Part shown: one piece after another, positions 60,790 through 64,000 of the stretch
Position numbering within the stretch: the first letter of the stretch is position 1
Layout: each line of letters opens with the position of its first letter
Source: Andalucia godoyi And28
Taxonomy: Eukaryota > Protista > Jakobida
Length of the DNA: 64,000 nucleotides
Assembly (NCBI GenBank): GCA_009859145.1
Contig: VRVR01000018.1
Coordinates: 5,688 to 69,687 of the forward strand
Reading direction: 5' to 3'
Position numbers and translations under genes: made by a program
Notes under the pieces: model-generated
Told to the model about the DNA's origin: nothing
Database searches by the model: none
The model's input: the letters and a program-made list of their open reading frames with translations, nothing else

Positions 60790-63700
60790 CTAATCGTCGA
60801 GCTGACACAAAAGGGCAACTCCGCGCTTCACCCACTTAGCTGGTTGGTCCTTGGACGGAATGCGCATGGTAAGAACAAAGTTGGTGGAATGACCCGTAGT
60901 TGACAACACTCCGCGCCGAGACGACTCCTTGTAGACCGGGCACTTGTAGTGCAGACGCTCGGGAACTTCGTTCAGTCGCATGGGCTTCAACCACACGATC
61001 GGCAACGGAGTGAAGAGAACCTTTGGAATCGAGTCCGCTAGACAGTGCCCAACGGCGTCCCAGCGAGCACCTTCGAGGAAGAGACCGCGGATGTAACAAC
61101 CATCTTCGGGACGTGTTGTCGGTTCCTCCATTGTCTGAATCTCAAAATCGAATGTGCACGTGTCGATTGGAATAACATACTTTCTCGCAAAGTTCTGCAG
61201 AGCACCGGTGAGGAAACTCTGGGTGAAGAAGAGACCGGAAATCCAGAAAACAGGCGGCGGGCCTTGATCCATCCAATCTTGGAAGAACTTCAAGCGCGCC
61301 AACAGATCCGTCACGTACGACGCCAATGCCTTTCGTGACGGGTACGACTTTGAAGCCCACATCTGCGGAACTCGACCAGTAAACATGGCTGTCGACAAAC
61401 GCTCCAGATCGGCACTCATCACAACAAGACCTTTGATCGCCTTTTGGATGTCGCCAAGAGACTTCCGCACAACGTCCAAAAGACGGTTGAATCGGATCAT
61501 TTCCTGCACGAGAACGGTGTTCATCGATTCATTGTACGTCACCGGATACTTTCGCTGCGCTTCTTCCACGTCGAACAGTTTCGGCAGACGAGACAAGATG
61601 TCTTTCGCAATTTCCCCGACAACATCATCCTTTCCTTTCTTCGGTGCATTCGACGAATCCTGAGACTGGGAGGAGGAGGAGGAGGAGGAGGAGGACGACG
61701 ACGACGACGACGTGGATTGTGTGAGCAGGATGGACTCGAAAAGCGACTGCGTTTCATTCAAATCCTTCGTAATGTCCGCATTCTCATGCAGGCCGAAAAT
61801 TTCAGGCTTCTGGTTGATCGGAAGTCCTCGAATGAACTCCAAAAATTGATCGTACTGGACCAGATTGGGAATGGTGTACAATCCCGACGGAGACAACTTG
61901 TAATTGTCGACCACCACAGCATTCTCACAGTAATAGTCATTTAGCAGACACATGAGCGTGCGGCGATCGTGGTCGTCCGTGACTCTCCCACCATAGTTGG
62001 CCTCGCCAGTGAGGTAGATCAACGCTGCGAACGGAATGTCCTCGTACTCGTTCAGGAACATGTGCAGTTGACGAGCAGAAATGCGCAAGTCCGATTCATT
62101 GAATTCGTACGGAATGTTCCATCCCAGAGGCCCAAACTTTCGGCGCTCCTGGATCACAGCGTGAAAGAAGCACAGGGCGAACGCCAAGCGACGAAATTCG
62201 ACATCCTTTGAGCACGAGGTAAAGAACTCGGGATCAGAAACCGGGTCCGAGAGATAGCTTCGCAAGAGATTTGCGCGCAATCCACGTGGCGGTTCGTTCG
62301 TCATCTTCACCGAGTTTTGCAACACAGATACAGGGAACTTCTCGGAAGGCATGGAAGTGAGCCACATGCGAAACTCCGGGTTCACAGACTCCGGAGCAAG
62401 TTCTTCAACAATCTTTTCCAGAGACGACATCCAAGAGACGGCAAGATGGCAGTTTTGCAAAACGACCCACGTCCCACGCTGACACGCTTCCTTGATCTTA
62501 CGCTCTGCAATCGGTCCTTGGCCTTGACCCAGAGAGAGCGCTTCCAACTTCTTACCGAACCCTCGAGACTCTGCAAACTTGATGAGCGCCGTCATGGGAT
62601 CCGCACCGGGAGACAAGACAAAGACGAGCGGAGTGCACGAATCTGAATCCGCAAACGAGCCGCCGAGATCAAAGACGGGAGGATCGATGAAGCGACGATC
62701 CATATTCTTCTCCACGTAGTCCTGGCACGCTGGAGTAATTTTGTCTGGACGGACGGCACGAACAAGAAGCAACCAATGCATATCGCTCATCTTCTCGGGC
62801 GAAAATCCATCCACGGGGGCACACGCCTTGATGTTGGTCGTGCATTTGTGGGGCTCAGAAAAGTCGTACATTGCCTTGAAAGCAGCCACATGCTTCTTGA
62901 AGAAACCAGACACTCCCTTCATGAGCGGTAGAGACTCGAGTCGAAGAAGCTCGATCCAAGACTTCTCAACAAGCCAGTCGGAAGCCGGGTTTGGCGGCAA
63001 GGACGACTCTCCGACTGCAATACCACCCGTCAAAAGGAAACGCCACTCCTCTTCGATGATGGAGTGGTTCTCACCATCTTGGATCTTGATGCACATGATC
63101 AAGGAGAACAGCAGCTTGTGGTTCTCAAACAGCGATCGGCAGACGTTCTTGTACAAGGAATACGTGAAAAAGTCCTTGAGATTTGCCAATCGCTTTTCAA
63201 AAATGTCGGAAGGCGATGATTCCTGAATGCCTCGGATGAACAGCGAAATGTACCAAGTCAAGGAATACTGGTACATCGGATCGACGTTGGCAAGTTCTGA
63301 AATGCAGAAGAACAGCAGGGACCCACGCAGCGCAACGGGCTTGTACCCAAGACGAGTAGCGTCAATTTCGGCTTCCGTAATCTCAGCGGCGGCCTGCTTC
63401 TCTGCAATTTCATTAGCCGTGATCTTCGACTTGGAAAGCGCATTCACGACCGCTTCATCCTCCAAAATATTACCCGACGAGCTGCTGAGCAACTGCAGGA
63501 TCTTGTCCTCAATCTCCTTGAGCGTGCGCTTGTTCTCAGCAGACTGCAGCACCAACTCGTTCTTTTCCTTCTCGAGCTCCGGGCGTTCCTTTGCTACTAC
63601 AATGCCAAGAAGCTGGTCCTCAAGACCCTCCGGTGTGATCATAAAGTTAATCAACGTGACTTTGGTTGACAGCTCGGGAAGGTAGTGGGGATTTCGAAGT

Positions 63701-64000
63701 TTCGTCGTGATGTAGAACCGGAAATCTTTCGAGTACTCGATGGTGTTGTCGCCCAAGCGGATGCACATGGTACCCTGAGACTTGAAAACCTGTTTCAGGA
63801 GCAACGGCTCAAGCACAGCATCCAGTTCTTCCCCCACATTTTCCAACAGAACAGGGGTTCCAAACTGAATGGCATTCTCCAGCGAGCGAAGGAACCCCTC
63901 GTCAGAGAGCTTCATGACCATCAACTTATTATCCTTCTCCATGTTCTTGATCCACTTATTCGCCTGGCCCTGCGGATCAATCAACAGCGGCCAACGACGA
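60790..64000 (-). CDS. Axonemal dynein heavy chain (inner-arm type), C-terminal part (AAA5-AAA6-C-terminus); continues beyond the window
   Basis: RWPLLIDPQGQANKWIKNME, FYITTKLRNPHY, SLGQGQGP, WVVLQNCHLA, ERRKFGPLGWNIPYEFN and STTGHSTNFV. Confidence 0.97.
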   Translation of the reverse strand, partial: RRWPLLIDPQGQANKWIKNMEKDNKLMVMKLSDEGFLRSLENAIQFGTPVLLENVGEELDAVLEPLLLKQVFKSQGTMCIRLGDNTIEYSKDFRFYITTKLRNPHYLPELSTKVTLINFMITPEGLEDQLLGIVVAKERPELEKEKNELVLQSAENKRTLKEIEDKILQLLSSSSGNILEDEAVVNALSKSKITANEIAEKQAAAEITEAEIDATRLGYKPVALRGSLLFFCISELANVDPMYQYSLTWYISLFIRGIQESSPSDIFEKRLANLKDFFTYSLYKNVCRSLFENHKLLFSLIMCIKIQDGENHSIIEEEWRFLLTGGIAVGESSLPPNPASDWLVEKSWIELLRLESLPLMKGVSGFFKKHVAAFKAMYDFSEPHKCTTNIKACAPVDGFSPEKMSDMHWLLLVRAVRPDKITPACQDYVEKNMDRRFIDPPVFDLGGSFADSDSCTPLVFVLSPGADPMTALIKFAESRGFGKKLEALSLGQGQGPIAERKIKEACQRGTWVVLQNCHLAVSWMSSLEKIVEELAPESVNPEFRMWLTSMPSEKFPVSVLQNSVKMTNEPPRGLRANLLRSYLSDPVSDPEFFTSCSKDVEFRRLAFALCFFHAVIQERRKFGPLGWNIPYEFNESDLRISARQLHMFLNEYEDIPFAALIYLTGEANYGGRVTDDHDRRTLMCLLNDYYCENAVVVDNYKLSPSGLYTIPNLVQYDQFLEFIRGLPINQKPEIFGLHENADITKDLNETQSLFESILLTQSTSSSSSSSSSSSSSSQSQDSSNAPKKGKDDVVGEIAKDILSRLPKLFDVEEAQRKYPVTYNESMNTVLVQEMIRFNRLLDVVRKSLGDIQKAIKGLVVMSADLERLSTAMFTGRVPQMWASKSYPSRKALASYVTDLLARLKFFQDWMDQGPPPVFWISGLFFTQSFLTGALQNFARKYVIPIDTCTFDFEIQTMEEPTTRPEDGCYIRGLFLEGARWDAVGHCLADSIPKVLFTPLPIVWLKPMRLNEVPERLHYKCPVYKESSRRGVLSTTGHSTNFVLTMRIPSKDQPAKWVKRGVALLCQLDD

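Noticed and set aside
61660-61710. Poly-Ser insertion in the dynein heavy chain
   Set aside because: It falls in a known variable linker, and poly-Ser tracts are common in many proteins in this window.
1-64000. tRNA, rRNA or CRISPR arrays
   Set aside because: No cloverleaf with a T-loop in proper context, no rRNA signature, and no repeat-spacer array seen. The tandem repeats have no unique spacers.

Overview
Gene-dense, intron-poor nuclear DNA from a flagellated microbial eukaryote (axonemal dynein heavy chain, GT-AG introns of 62-150 nt, AT-rich microsatellite intergenic DNA). It holds about 33 protein-coding loci, mostly housekeeping: Vps34, TMEM260-like, eIF2A, MBOAT, Efg1, Nop16, DP, front-end desaturase, GMP reductase, Bud20, Nit2, Apc11, C10 and dynein. 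The accessory content stands out. (1) Two dispersed ~0.55 kb minus-strand repeats (10685-11247, 43763-44282) read as internally deleted Fanzor/TnpB elements. An N-terminal fragment (AVRIKMHPSQE-RVTLRKWL) is fused to the C-terminal RuvC-III motif (IDRD-NGARNIY), followed by a structure-conserving 3' end that looks like an omega-RNA scaffold, with a different flank (potential guide) in each copy. (2) Two copies of a ~0.3 kb TIR-bounded MITE-like element whose central ~74 bp is inverted in one copy relative to the other. (3) An IS630/Tc1-like DD33E transposase ORF beside a Crinkler-type REase+kinase ORF. (4) A short archaeal-type adenylosuccinate synthetase interrupted by a spliceosomal intron. 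All family calls come from motifs recognised by eye; no database searches were run.
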